A DNA stretch of 64,000 nucleotides from Candidatus Spongiisociaceae bacterium (GCA_965262915.1 OZ253564.1:960001-1024000), one strand, 5' to 3'. Shown: positions 49,540 to 60,259, numbered from the stretch's first letter. Translations and numbers: made by a program. Notes: generated by a model from the sequence alone, not told the origin.

Positions 49540-50673
49540 GTGCCAGATGTAACGCGGCAGAACCCGTTCTCCCCGACGTTCGGTGCCTCCCCGCCGTTAC
49601 TAGCCGGCCGCGACCCGATCATCGGTGACTTCGAAGAAGCTATCGAGACCGGCCCCGGACATCCCGACTACACCGCCCTGCTGATTGCTGCCCGCGGAAT
49701 GGGCAAGACCGTGCTTCTGAACACCCTGGAGGATCGGGCTATGGACCGCGGGTGGGAAGTCATCGCCGATGATACGTCTACCAGAGGCATGCCGGCCCGC
49801 TTGGAGGACGCCGCACGTGAGGTGCTTGAGAGGTTGCACGGACGCGGGCGCTCGGTCACCGGGGTGGGTCTTGGCCCGGTGAGGGTTCAGCTGGCTGAAC
49901 CCGTCGGCGTCCGGCGCCGGTCGCTGCGGCGGCTACTTGCCGAAGTGGGGGACCGTCTCGATTCGCGGAACGCGGGGTTGTTGATCACTCTCGACGAACT
50001 GCACAACGCCGATGTCGACGAGGTACGCGAGTTCGGCGCGATCATCCAGCACGTGACCCGCAGAGAGGGGCGGCCGGTCGCCTTTGTCGGCGCCGGCCTG
50101 AACATGATCGAAGACACCATCCTGTCCGGCACGGCTACCACGTTCTTTCAGCGTTGCTCCCGCTTCGAGATCGGTCGGCTGTCCGCAACGGCCACGCAGC
50201 AGGCGCTCGCCCGGCCGATCGAGGAGTCGGGTTCCTCGATCGGCCCCGAAGCGCTCGCCAAGGCGGTCGCCGCCTCGTCCGGATACCCGTTCATGGTTCA
50301 GCTTGTCGGATTTCACGCATGGAGACAGGCCAAGGACCCGGCAAGGGGTATCGAGTCCGGCGATGTCGAGGCCGGTGTCCTCGTTGCCCGGCGCCGCGCC
50401 GAGCGGCTCATCCTGGAGCCGGTGTGGAAGGACCTGTCGAAGGTGGACAGGCGCTTTCTGAGAGCGATGGCCGAGGATGACGGAGTCTCCCGCCTATCCG
50501 ACATCGCGGAGCGGCTCGGTAAGGGTACGGACTATGCACGCGTTTACCGCAACAGGCTGCGGAAGGCGGGCATGGTCATTGCCAGTGCGCGCGGCGAGGT
50601 CGACTTCGCGCAGACCTTTGCCCGCGACTGGGTTCGCCGCACCGCCCATGACCAGAACAGCGTGTTGTCGTAG
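49540..50673 (+). CDS. AAA+ ATPase with C-terminal winged-helix domain
   Basis: NPFSPTFG, ARGMGKT, LDELH, GYPFMVQL, C-terminal LSDIAERLG..YRNRL..GMV. Confidence 0.85.
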   Translation: MPDVTRQNPFSPTFGASPPLLAGRDPIIGDFEEAIETGPGHPDYTALLIAARGMGKTVLLNTLEDRAMDRGWEVIADDTSTRGMPARLEDAAREVLERLHGRGRSVTGVGLGPVRVQLAEPVGVRRRSLRRLLAEVGDRLDSRNAGLLITLDELHNADVDEVREFGAIIQHVTRREGRPVAFVGAGLNMIEDTILSGTATTFFQRCSRFEIGRLSATATQQALARPIEESGSSIGPEALAKAVAASSGYPFMVQLVGFHAWRQAKDPARGIESGDVEAGVLVARRRAERLILEPVWKDLSKVDRRFLRAMAEDDGVSRLSDIAERLGKGTDYARVYRNRLRKAGMVIASARGEVDFAQTFARDWVRRTAHDQNSVLS

Positions 50674-50695
50674 CCGGGGGCGGCGTTGAGATTGG

Positions 50696-52112
50696 TCAAA
50701 CCGCCGCGTAGGTGATGCCGAGTATCTCGGCGGTGCCGGACGGGACGTTCCCGTGGTGGCCGGGGAGGACACCGGCGTGGTGGGTTGCGCCCGCCTCGCA
50801 CCATCTTGCGTAGGCGTCCGCTACGTTGCCCGAGTCGAACCGGAACATGGCGTTGGGCCCCTCCATGGCGTGATGCTTCGAGTCGAGGATGCGGCCCTCG
50901 GCGCCTACCAGCACCCATCCGCCGGTTTGGTTTATCGGGGTAAGGCTGATGAGGGTGGCCGGTCCCTCGGGAAGCTCGAAAGCGACCGCGGTGCCGGGTC
51001 CATGGGTTCCCATGTAGTGATCCTCCGGAAGCAGTCGCACCGTGGACGACCGAGCACGGATGCTCAGGTCTCCCTCACCGCCGTTGGCCAGCAGTATCCA
51101 GTTACCCGGAAAATCCATCTGGTAGAGCTCGCAGTAGAGCGCCGAACCGGCCAGTCTCTTGCCGATCGCCAGCGCGATGCCGGTGGGGATGTCCCCCGTA
51201 CAGGCGAACGGTTTGCCGTCCCGGGTGCAGAGCGCCACTCCGAGACACGCCGTGATCCCCACTGCGGGATTCCACCGGAGCACGTCACCATGGCAGTTGA
51301 CCGCGCCAGCGTTGGCGCCGTGCTGCCGGCAGAGCTCGTCCATGGCGAGGGCGAGGCGGGCCGAGCGCTCGAGGGTCATATCATCCACCGCGGAGGTGTC
51401 GAACTCGCTCCGCAGGTCGCCGACCAGGGTTTCCACCCCCGCGCCGTCAACGGAGGCGAACGCTGCGCCGATGCCTCCAGCATCGATGTCGATCACCTCG
51501 ACTCCCAGGTTCTGCAGTTCCCGGTGCGACACCTCCACATCTAGGTAGCCGGAGATGGGCGCTCCGATCGCCAGCAGCCGGGAGTTCCGTACCAGCGCCG
51601 CCGCGTCCGCGGCCCTCAGGGTCTCGCCGAGTGCGGCGTCGAGACCGGCCGCGCCCACCGAGGAGATCAATGTCGTGAACCGCCGGCCTTCCCGGACCAG
51701 CACGTTGGTGAACATCACCAGGCCCACGGGCAGGCTACGTCGGGTGGCCTCTTCGGTGGCGTAGTCGTCCGGAACCTCGTCCAGCTCCTGGGCGCCGACG
51801 GCCACCACCGGAACCCGTGGCAGTCCCTTGATCGCTTCCCACCCGTAGCTGGGTGGGGCCGCCATAGTGGGCGCGAAGACGATCACATTGACCTCGGCCT
51901 CCGCGAAGGCCCTAGCTGCTTTCCTCCCGGCGTCGTCCGAATCGACCACTCCCGGGGTAGACCACCGACCCGAACCGGTCGACGCGTTCCCTCATCGCCT
52001 CGGCGAAAGCGGTCCGATCCCGGCGGAACTCGGGAGGCATGGCCGCGTCGAACAGCCCGAAGTACACCGACAGCAGCCCGATCCGCAACCGTCGTTCAGT
52101 TTCAACAGGCAT
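50696..52112 (-). pseudogene. L-fucose/L-arabinose isomerase-like protein, frameshifted near 51951-51958
   Basis: N-terminus in ORF 51912-52112 joins ORF 50696-51949 at a CCCCGGGG run; NCH, CTGD and GATHH motifs. Confidence 0.65.
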
Positions 52113-52266
52113 AGCCTCCTCAGTGCAGGCGCATACGATTGTGAGACATCGAAGCGATGGGGGATCGACATGCCAAGGGAGTCCGTCCGAGGGACCGTAA
52201 TCGGCCCACAGAGGATCGGGGACGCCCTCCCGTCGTCCGAGCGGGGTCGGTCACCAGGTCACCGCG

Positions 52267-52326
52267 AAGTGGAGTACGAAACCTCCGTAAAGTGGAGTGC
52301 AATACCTCCGTAAAGTGGAGTATGAT
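52267..52326 (+). repeat. 23-bp-period direct repeat (AAGTGGAGTnnnnnACCTCCGTA x2.5)
   Basis: AAGTGGAGT at 52267, 52290 and 52313. Confidence 0.9.
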
Positions 52327-52347
52327 GACGTACCCGATAGGATAGAC

Positions 52348-53622
52348 ATGGTTGGCATCGGCAATCCTAATTATCTGGATCGAGTGGTGGACAGTGAGGT
52401 CGCCGAAGCCCTCGCCTCGTCGCCCGCGGTGCTCATAGAAGGTCCGCGAGGCTGCGGCAAGACCTGGACCGGACAGAGGTTCGCTCGCAGCGAGATCATG
52501 CTGGACGGATCCGAGGCCTTACGCCTGGCGGCCGAGGTGGACCCGGGTTCGATCTTGGAGGGCGCGGAACCGCGACTGCTGGACGAATGGCAGATGGTCC
52601 GCGGCATCTGGAATCCGATGCGCCACGCCTGCGACCGGCGGGGCGGGTTCGGGCACTTTCTGCTCACAGGCTCGCAGAACCCCCCGGATGACATCACCGA
52701 GCACTCCGGCGCCGGGCGGGTTGCCCGTGTACGGATGCGATCCATGTCTTTGTGGGAGTCCGGTTACTCCAGCGGGGAGGTGTCCTTGGCTTCGCTGATC
52801 GCAGGCGAGCGATGTCAGGCGACGGACGCAGGACAGACCATCAGGGATGTGGCTTCTCTCATCTGTCGGGGAGGATGGCCTCGCATGATCAAGATGACGG
52901 CGAGCACTGCACAGGCTCGCCTGCGTGACTACCTGGACAACATAGCCCGTATCGATATCTCGCGCGTGGCGGGAGTGAGACGTAACCCGCGGTTGGTGAT
53001 GGGCCTGCTCGCATCTCTCGCCCGCAACGAGGCCACGGCGGCCTCCAATGCCGCATTGCGGGCCGATCTGACCGAAGGAGGCGTCAGGCCTCCTGCACGG
53101 TCGACGATACGGTCTTACCTGGACGAGTTGGCCCGCTTGTTCGTTATCGAGCCGCTCCCTGCATGGTCAACCCACCTGAGGTCGTCGACCCGGTTGCGCA
53201 AGACTCCCAAGCGCTACTTTACTGATCCTGCGCTCGCGGTAGCCGCCCTGGTGACCTCCTCGGCGGTCGTCGAACGGGACCTGCAGATGATGGGGCTGCT
53301 GTTCGAGTCGATGGCGGTGCGTGACCTTCGGGTCTACGCGCAGTCGTTCGGAGCGCGTCTCTACTACTACAGTGATGAGAGCAACCTGGAAGCAGACGCC
53401 GTCATAGACGGTCTCGAGGGTCGGTGGGTTGCCGTGGAGATCAAGCTCGGAGGGGGTTCGGCCATCACGAGAGCGATGGATTCCCTGCGCGCCGTCCGTT
53501 CACGGGTGGACACCACCCGGCGTGGAGACCCTGCGCGGCTCATCGTGCTGACCGCGTTCGGACCGGGCTACCAGACCGACGACGGGGTGGCGGTGGTGCC
53601 TCTGACCGCGTTGAGGCCCTGA
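52348..53622 (+). CDS. AAA ATPase with DUF4143 and PD-(D/E)xK C-terminus
   Basis: EGPRGCGKT, LLDEWQ, LTGS, GGWP, KRYFTDP, EADAV..VEIK. Confidence 0.9.
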   Translation: MVGIGNPNYLDRVVDSEVAEALASSPAVLIEGPRGCGKTWTGQRFARSEIMLDGSEALRLAAEVDPGSILEGAEPRLLDEWQMVRGIWNPMRHACDRRGGFGHFLLTGSQNPPDDITEHSGAGRVARVRMRSMSLWESGYSSGEVSLASLIAGERCQATDAGQTIRDVASLICRGGWPRMIKMTASTAQARLRDYLDNIARIDISRVAGVRRNPRLVMGLLASLARNEATAASNAALRADLTEGGVRPPARSTIRSYLDELARLFVIEPLPAWSTHLRSSTRLRKTPKRYFTDPALAVAALVTSSAVVERDLQMMGLLFESMAVRDLRVYAQSFGARLYYYSDESNLEADAVIDGLEGRWVAVEIKLGGGSAITRAMDSLRAVRSRVDTTRRGDPARLIVLTAFGPGYQTDDGVAVVPLTALRP

Positions 53623-53699
53623 TCCCCGATCCGAGGGCCGACGGATCCGGCACATGCTCGCTCGCGGAAGAGCCGGTCCCGCTACGATTCGTATCGACG

Positions 53700-54158
53700 A
53701 TGAGCGGCTACGCATCCTTCGATGAGAAGCGGATCAAGCACCTGGAGATGATCCAGAGTGCGATAGTCCGCGTCAGCAGCGCGGGGATTCATACCAAGCG
53801 CTGGAGCTTCGTCCTGACCGCCGCCCTCCTGGCTCTGGCCGTACAGCAACAGGAGTGCTTGCTGGGAGCGGTCAGCGTGGTGATCGCCTTTGGTCTGTGG
53901 GTCCTGGACCACGACTTCCTGCGCTCGGAACAGCTGTTCCGCAAGCTGTACGAGCACGTCCGCGTAGCCGAAGAGCCCGAGCCGTTCTTCATGGACGCGA
54001 CCGGCGAGAAGTTCATCGGTCACCTGGAGAAGGCGAACCTGCATCACGGCGTATCGCGGTGGAACGTGTTCAAGTCCCCGCCGCTTTGGATCGTCTACGG
54101 AAGCCAGATGTTCGCCGGCTTCATCGTCTGGCTGGTCCTTCGTATCACGGTCGGGTAA
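53700..54158 (+). CDS. Small membrane protein resembling the TM proteins found next to TIR-domain genes
   Basis: KHLEMIQ..I.R...KRWS..L...LD..FLR.E..FRKLY pattern; 3 TM segments. Confidence 0.6.
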   Translation: MSGYASFDEKRIKHLEMIQSAIVRVSSAGIHTKRWSFVLTAALLALAVQQQECLLGAVSVVIAFGLWVLDHDFLRSEQLFRKLYEHVRVAEEPEPFFMDATGEKFIGHLEKANLHHGVSRWNVFKSPPLWIVYGSQMFAGFIVWLVLRITVG

Positions 54159-54188
54159 TCGCTCGCCGGGGACCTCCGATGGTCGAAC

Positions 54189-54680
54189 TCAAAGAAGAGG
54201 CGTCGCCAGTTCCACATCTGATACCCGGACCTCTTCGTGCAGTTGGCGGGCGTTCTGCTTCCTCTGTTGTGCTGTACGTTCGGACAACGCCCACGGATCT
54301 TGAGGTCGAGGGCTGCGAGAGCGGAGCCAGAAGACACTTCTGCCCCCCGCCTCCATAGCCTTGGCAGCAGATGTCAGGTCCAACAGCAGAGCGCCCGTAG
54401 CTCGTACAGGGTCGTCACCTACACCTTGAATCGCGAACACGGACAACTTGGTCTTGATTAAGGCAGCTAACTCCATAGGATTCTGAAGCAGACTGTAGTT
54501 GTTCTTGACCAGCCCGCGATAGCCGATCTGGTGCAGAGCAATCACGAGTTCCCGGTCACCAAGTCTGGGGAGTCTGCCATCGATTCGCCGGATGGGAATC
54601 AGGTTTATGCCGGTGATCCACGGAGCTATGGCGGCCAGGATCGGTTCCGGGAAGTTGTGGTCCAGCGGTAGATCGATCAT
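54189..54680 (-). CDS. PIN-like (VapC45-type) toxin
   Basis: LDHNFP, L.D.EL; coupled to the DUF433 gene. Confidence 0.6.
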   Translation of the reverse strand: MIDLPLDHNFPEPILAAIAPWITGINLIPIRRIDGRLPRLGDRELVIALHQIGYRGLVKNNYSLLQNPMELAALIKTKLSVFAIQGVGDDPVRATGALLLDLTSAAKAMEAGGRSVFWLRSRSPRPQDPWALSERTAQQRKQNARQLHEEVRVSDVELATPLL

Positions 54681-55396
54681 GCGGCAAGGTCGTGTTCCAG
54701 ATCGATCGCTTGCTCGACCGTTTCGTGGTCGACCTCTGGATAGAGGGCTGCCACACTCGGGATATCCCCCATGCGTCGATATAGGGCGGCTATGGCCCGA
54801 GTCGTGATACGGGAATTCTCAAGGTGCGGTTCACCGGACACCTTCCCCGGAACGATTCGGAGCCGCGAGCGGGGTCGTATCAGGTCAGGGCCGTGATCGT
54901 CGCCCACCTCGAAGGGTCCCAGCAGATCGAGCACGGGCAACATTCCCAGTTGGCCGGACATCCCGGCAGCCCAGCCGTCATCCAGGTGCACCCGGCCGGT
55001 CTGATCCACCCTCAACGGCGATCCGCGCTGCGCGGTGTTCTCGGCCCAGATATCGAGGTCCCGTCTCTCCAGTTCCTCCAAAGTCCCTCGCATCTGAGTC
55101 ATCTGGCGGCCGGGGATCTCACCCAGCCGACCGGGCTTGGGGTGACGTAACCAATAGACGATGCGAAGGGCCATCAGATCGGCGTACGACCAGAGTTTCT
55201 GCTTGTTGGGCGAGACGGTGGGTATCACTATTCCCTGGCGCGCCCAGTAGTAGATGGTGGAGACCGGGACCCCGGATAGTGCCGCGGTCCGGCGCCCGTC
55301 GTAGCAACCCGCCAGTGCGGCCTGCAAGCGCCCGGAGAGGTTGTTCCGCTGGACAAACACGGCGCACCCTCCCGCGTCGTCGGCTTTCCGAGCCAC
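54677..55396 (-). CDS. MerR-like HTH + DUF433 antitoxin
   Basis: AALSGVP.STIYYWAR..P...WSYADL; SGEPHL..SRI; start uncertain. Confidence 0.8.
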   Translation of the reverse strand: MARKADDAGGCAVFVQRNNLSGRLQAALAGCYDGRRTAALSGVPVSTIYYWARQGIVIPTVSPNKQKLWSYADLMALRIVYWLRHPKPGRLGEIPGRQMTQMRGTLEELERRDLDIWAENTAQRGSPLRVDQTGRVHLDDGWAAGMSGQLGMLPVLDLLGPFEVGDDHGPDLIRPRSRLRIVPGKVSGEPHLENSRITTRAIAALYRRMGDIPSVAALYPEVDHETVEQAIDLEHDLAA

Positions 55397-55442
55397 ATTA
55401 CGGGCACTTCATAGATGTAGAGGGGTTCTATGCTTCGTATCG

Positions 55443-55886
55443 ATGAAGTCGGATGCCGCAACCGTAGGAGATTACTTGGCGAGCCTTCCCGAGGATCGCC
55501 GGGAGGCGGTCGCGGTGGTGCGTTCGGTCATCCTCGATCGCCTTCCCGACGGGTATGCGGAGGAGATGCGTTGGGGCATGGTTTCCTACGAGGTACCGCT
55601 CGCCATCCAGCCCGACACCTACAATGGCAAGCCGCTCTTGTATGCCGCGCTGGCGTCCCAGAAGCGGCACATGGCCGTGTACCTCTCGGGCGTCTACGCC
55701 GATCCGGAGGCCCGAGCCGACTTCGAACGGGTATACCGGGCTTCGGGCAAGCGCTTCGACATGGGCAAGAGCTGCGTGCGGTTCCGCCGCCTCGAGGATC
55801 TTCCACTCGAAGTGATCGGGGACGCCATCGCTCGTTATCCGATCGAGGACTTCGTCGATCTCTACCACCTGGGACGACGCCGCTGA
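55443..55886 (+). CDS. DUF1801 (YdhG-like) protein
   Basis: YLASLPEDRR, WGM..Y.VP, LASQK, DMGKSCVRF. Confidence 0.88.
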   Translation: MKSDAATVGDYLASLPEDRREAVAVVRSVILDRLPDGYAEEMRWGMVSYEVPLAIQPDTYNGKPLLYAALASQKRHMAVYLSGVYADPEARADFERVYRASGKRFDMGKSCVRFRRLEDLPLEVIGDAIARYPIEDFVDLYHLGRRR

Positions 55887-56124
55887 TTCAATCCGGTGGC
55901 CGGTAGTTGAATTGCGGTGGGTTCCCTGACGTATCGGGAAGGATGGCCCGGGCTGACTCTGGATGGATCTGCCTGAGAGGTCATCCATTCCCGACCCGCG
56001 CACATAGACACCACAGCGCTGACTGTTGTTCGACAGTTAGATCAGGCCGCTTCTGGCCGGTTGCCGCTTTCGGCCTCATGCTACGGTCACGTCGGCGGTA
56101 TCGAGGCGAAGGATGGGATCCGGT

Positions 56125-57225
56125 ATGCGGGCCCGGGTCGGGGTGATCGGCGCTGGTTCGTGGGCCATCGCCAACCACATTCCCATCCTGGCGGCCCGGG
56201 ACGATGTCGAGTTGGTGAGCGCGGTCCGGACCAATCGCAAGGCGTTGGCCTTGCTGCAGGCCAGATTCGGTTTCGACCATGTGAGCGACGACTATCGGGA
56301 AGCCTTGGACTTCGGTCTGGACGCGGTCGTGATCGCCGGTCCGGCCGGGCTCCATTACGAGCATGCGAGAGCGGCGCTGGAAGCCGGTGCCGCTGTGCTG
56401 TGCGAGAAGCCCTTCACCACGGACCCCGGCCACGCGTGGGATCTCCATGACATCGCGTCGCAGCGCGGCCTCCACCTGCTCCTTGCCCTCGGTTGGAACT
56501 ACCGTCCCACGGCCGTCGAGTCCAAACGACTCATGGAAGACCCCGGCGTGGGAGCGGTCCAGCATGTGCTGGTGGCTATGGTCTCCGGTCTGCGCGGGCT
56601 CCTCCACGGTACGGGTAGCTACCGGGGCCAGGACGCATTCTTCCACCTGCCCGGAGGACCTGGACCGATCCCCGATTGTCCGGGGGCGATACGCTCCGGC
56701 GGCCCTCAGCCACGCACTCGGCCTGGCCCTATGGCTCACCGGCCCGCGAGCCTCACAGGTATTCGCCTTCGTCAACAACGAAGGCGCCGGGATCGATCTT
56801 TACGACTCCATCAGCGTCCGGTTCCTCTCGGGGGCCACCGGCTCGATCCTGGGAGCGTTGTCGGTGCCGGGGGGAGTGCGGTCGATCAGGAGGATGCCCC
56901 GTGGCCCCGGCACCAACTGCAGGTACGTATCTACGGTACGGAAGGCCATCTGGTCGCCGATCTTGAGAGGGACTTCCTCTGGCTCTTTCGCGAGGACGGG
57001 AGGGACATCAAAGTCGATCTGCCCGCCCGGGCCGGCCTCTACGCATGTGACGAACCTCCCAACGTGCTGATCGATCTCACCCTGGGCATGGCGGCGAAGA
57101 ACCGCTCACCCGCGGACGTGGGCGCCAGGACGGTGGAGATCCTGAGCGCGGCTTACGACAGCGTGAGGGCCGGCGCCGTGGCCAACATCGTCACCCGGCA
57201 TCGTTCGAGTACGGCCACTCCGTAG
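56125..57225 (+). pseudogene. Gfo/Idh/MocA oxidoreductase with compensating frameshifts
   Basis: GVIGAGSW and CEKPF in the main frame; the conserved LSHALGLALWLTG..DLYD segment lies in the alternate frame (~56650-56875). Confidence 0.7.
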
Positions 57226-57258
57226 AGGAACGTTCTCCTCACAACCCAGGAAGGCGTC

Positions 57259-57639
57259 ATGGATTCATCGCAGGACAGCACCACCCGACCGGATCGGGTG
57301 AGGGCCTTCTTCGGTGTCGGCAGCGTCGCTACCGCGGCGCTCGAACTGTGCCGGCAGCGGCCGTGGATGGATGTGGTGGGTGCGGTGCTAGGACCGGCGT
57401 CGGCGGCCGGCGCTCGCCCGCCAATACCCGCCGCCTGGACGGGAGTATGCATCCGAGAGGATCCGGATGCCATGCTCGACGAGGTCCGTTCGGGAGTGGT
57501 GCTCGTAGCGACGCGCTCGCCCCTGGACGCGGTACTTCCCCTGATAGAACGGTGCGCCGAGCGGGGTGTCCACGTCATATGCTCCAACGAGGAACTCGTC
57601 TGGCCGGATGTCGAACGACCGGAGTCACCCCACGTATAG
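57259..57639 (+). pseudogene. N-terminal fragment of a dihydrodipicolinate-reductase-like/Ord NAD(P)-binding protein
   Basis: FFGVGSV..VLVAT..GVHVICSNEEL.WP, then an abrupt stop. Confidence 0.55.
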
Positions 57640-58119
57640 GTGGAGAGGCTCGTGCCGAAGGTGCGGACGGCCTGCCGGTATGCAGCCGAGTTGGGCATCC
57701 GGTTGTCGATCGAGACCCATACGGCGCTTCCGGTCATCGCGCTGGTCGAACTCGTGGAACGGGTGGACGCTCCCAAATTGGGTGCGGTGCTGGACACCGC
57801 CAACGTCGTCCGGGTCGGCAGCGGTTTGATGGAAGCTACCCGGATCCTGGCCCGCGTGACCGACATGGTGCACATGAAGGACCTTGATCTCTCGGCGGCC
57901 GGATTCGGCGATCCTGGCGGATGGTGGCCGTGTGTATCTCTGGGGGTGGGCGATCTGGATCTCCACGGCGTTCTGGCGGAACTCCGCTCGGTAGGGTTCG
58001 CGGGCTTCATATGGGTCGAACTCGCCACGCCGGCCGGAAGCGACGAGGACCGGATGGTGGAGGAAAGCGTCGCCTGGCTCCGGCACTCGATAGCACTCGC
58101 GGGACAGAAGGAACGCTGA
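57640..58119 (+). pseudogene. C-terminal fragment of a sugar-phosphate isomerase/epimerase TIM barrel
   Basis: IETH, LDTAN, HMKD, LGVGDLD, WVE; N-terminal half missing. Confidence 0.65.
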
Positions 58120-58253
58120 CCACCGAAGACGAATGAGTCACTCGAGACCCGCGACCGGTAGACCGTAGTCCCACATTGGTTACCGACCACCGGCCACGGT
58201 GGATACGTTACCGGCAACTCTGTATAGTCGCGCCAGCGCTGTCGGGAGTGTTT

Positions 58254-59270
58254 ATGCGGAAGATGCGAATGAACCAGGCGGTAGCGACCGCGCTGGCGGA
58301 CGAGATGCGCCACGACCCCGATGTCATCATGTTCGGAGAGGACGTCGCGGTAGCCGAAGGAACCTTCAAGACCTCGGCAGGGCTGCTGAAGGAGTTCGGG
58401 CCTCGGCGGGTACGCGACACACCTATCTCAGAGATGGGCTTTCTGGGCGCGGCGGTGGGCGCCGCCTCGACCGGTCTGCGGCCGGTGGTCGAGATCATGT
58501 TCATCGAGTTCATCGGGGTGGCGCTTGACCAACTGGTCACCGAGGCGGCCAAATTCCACTACCTGTCGCGAGGCACCGTCACGGTGCCCATGACGGTGCG
58601 GGGCTCGATCGGGGCCGGCCTCGGCTTCGGGTGCCAGCACTCCCAGACGCTGGAAACCTGGATGTACGGAACTCCGGGTCTGAAGCTCGTCGTCGCCTCG
58701 GGGTCGCAGAGTGCCTACGGACTGACGAGGGCCGCTATCCGGGATGACAACCCGGTCGTCGTCTTGGAGCCGAGGGTCCTGTATGCCAAGCGGGCCCCCG
58801 TGGAAACCGGCGAAGACGCCATCATTCCTCTCGGGAAGGCCGCCAAGGTCAAAGAAGGCGCCGATGTCACGATTGTGGCTCTGGGCGCCATGGTTCCCGC
58901 CGCTCTCGAAGCGGCCGAAGGAGTCCCGTGGTCGGCCGAGGTGATCGATCTCCGCACGCTCGTTCCGTACGACAAGGAGGCTCTGCTGGAGTCGGTCGGG
59001 AGCACCGGACGGCTGGTAGTGGTGGAGGAGAACCCGCTGACGGGAGGATGGGGAGGGGAGATAACCTCCTTCGTCGCCGGTGAGATGTTCGGGGATCTCA
59101 AAGCCCCTCCCATCCGTGTGACCAGCCCCGATGTCCACGTACCCTTCGGTAGGGAATTGGAGCAGCGATACCTACCCAGCCCGAGCTATATCGCTTCGCA
59201 GGTGGGAAGGCTGCTGGAGACAGGACGGCGCCCGCCGCACTGGTGGGAGAGAGAAGGGGTCGGATCATGA
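58254..59270 (+). CDS. 2-oxoacid/acetoin dehydrogenase E1 beta subunit
   Basis: FGEDV, RVRDTPISE, GLRPVVEIMF, QHSQ, EVIDLRT. Confidence 0.92.
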   Translation: MRKMRMNQAVATALADEMRHDPDVIMFGEDVAVAEGTFKTSAGLLKEFGPRRVRDTPISEMGFLGAAVGAASTGLRPVVEIMFIEFIGVALDQLVTEAAKFHYLSRGTVTVPMTVRGSIGAGLGFGCQHSQTLETWMYGTPGLKLVVASGSQSAYGLTRAAIRDDNPVVVLEPRVLYAKRAPVETGEDAIIPLGKAAKVKEGADVTIVALGAMVPAALEAAEGVPWSAEVIDLRTLVPYDKEALLESVGSTGRLVVVEENPLTGGWGGEITSFVAGEMFGDLKAPPIRVTSPDVHVPFGRELEQRYLPSPSYIASQVGRLLETGRRPPHWWEREGVGS

Positions 59271-60259
59271 CCGAAGTCACGACACCGCTGGAACGGCGCC
59301 GGAAGCTGCAAGCGAGCCGTGTGGGCCGTTACGAGGCGATGTCGGAGATCCGGGCGTTCGAGGACCGGGTCCAGGCCATGTTCTTCGAGGGTCTGGTTCA
59401 CGGCACGACCCACACCTGCCAGGGTCAGGAAGCGGTAGCGGTAGGGGTGGCGGCGGCGGCCCGGCCGACCGACCGCATAACCTGTACCTACCGCGGTCAC
59501 GGCCACGCGCTGGCGCTCGGGTTGAACCCGGTCACGGTGCTGGGCGAGATAATGGGGCGCAGGATCGGCGCTGTCGGAGGCGTGGGCGGTTCCATGCATC
59601 TGTGCGACACGACAGTCGGATTGCTGCCCACCTTTGCCATCATCGGCGCCGGCATCCCGGTCGCGGCGGGTGCTGCTCTCACCGCGCAGGTGCGGGGGAC
59701 CGATGATGCCGCGATCGGGATCTTCGGCGACGGGGCCGCCAACATCGGCGCGTTCCACGAAGGGTTGAATCTGGCGGCGATCTGGAAGCTGCCGGTGGTG
59801 TTCGTGTGCGAGAACAACCAGTACGGCGAGTACACCGCCATCCACCTCTCCACTCCCGTCGAGAACCTCGCGGACCGGGCCGTGTCCTACGGAATACCGG
59901 GCGAGGTGGTTGACGGCCAGGACGTGGATGTGGTGGCTTCGGCTGTGGCGGGAGCCCTTGAGAGGGCTCGGGCCGGTGATGGGCCGACCCTGCTCGAGAT
60001 GAAGACCTACCGGTACGCGGGTCACTCGCGGGCCGACACGGCGCCGTACCGGCCGGAGGGCGAGCTCGAGCGTTGGTACGAGCGCGACCCGATCAACACC
60101 TACCGCAGTCGCCTGATCGCCGAAGGGGAACTTACGGCAGAGGACGCCGAGGAGATCGAAGCTAGGGCCCGCAGGAGCATAGAAGATGCCGAAGCGGTGG
60201 CGAAGGCCAGTGCCAAGGCGACGGTGGACGATATGTTCCGCCACATCTACGCGCCGTGA
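59267..60259 (+). CDS. 2-oxoacid/acetoin dehydrogenase E1 alpha subunit (TPP-dependent)
   Basis: GQEA, YRGHGH, GGSMH, FGDGA..ENN, TYRYAGHS. Confidence 0.93.
   Translation: MTEVTTPLERRRKLQASRVGRYEAMSEIRAFEDRVQAMFFEGLVHGTTHTCQGQEAVAVGVAAAARPTDRITCTYRGHGHALALGLNPVTVLGEIMGRRIGAVGGVGGSMHLCDTTVGLLPTFAIIGAGIPVAAGAALTAQVRGTDDAAIGIFGDGAANIGAFHEGLNLAAIWKLPVVFVCENNQYGEYTAIHLSTPVENLADRAVSYGIPGEVVDGQDVDVVASAVAGALERARAGDGPTLLEMKTYRYAGHSRADTAPYRPEGELERWYERDPINTYRSRLIAEGELTAEDAEEIEARARRSIEDAEAVAKASAKATVDDMFRHIYAP

Noticed and set aside
52267-52326. Mini-CRISPR
   Set aside because: The variable part is only 5 bp, far too short for spacers.
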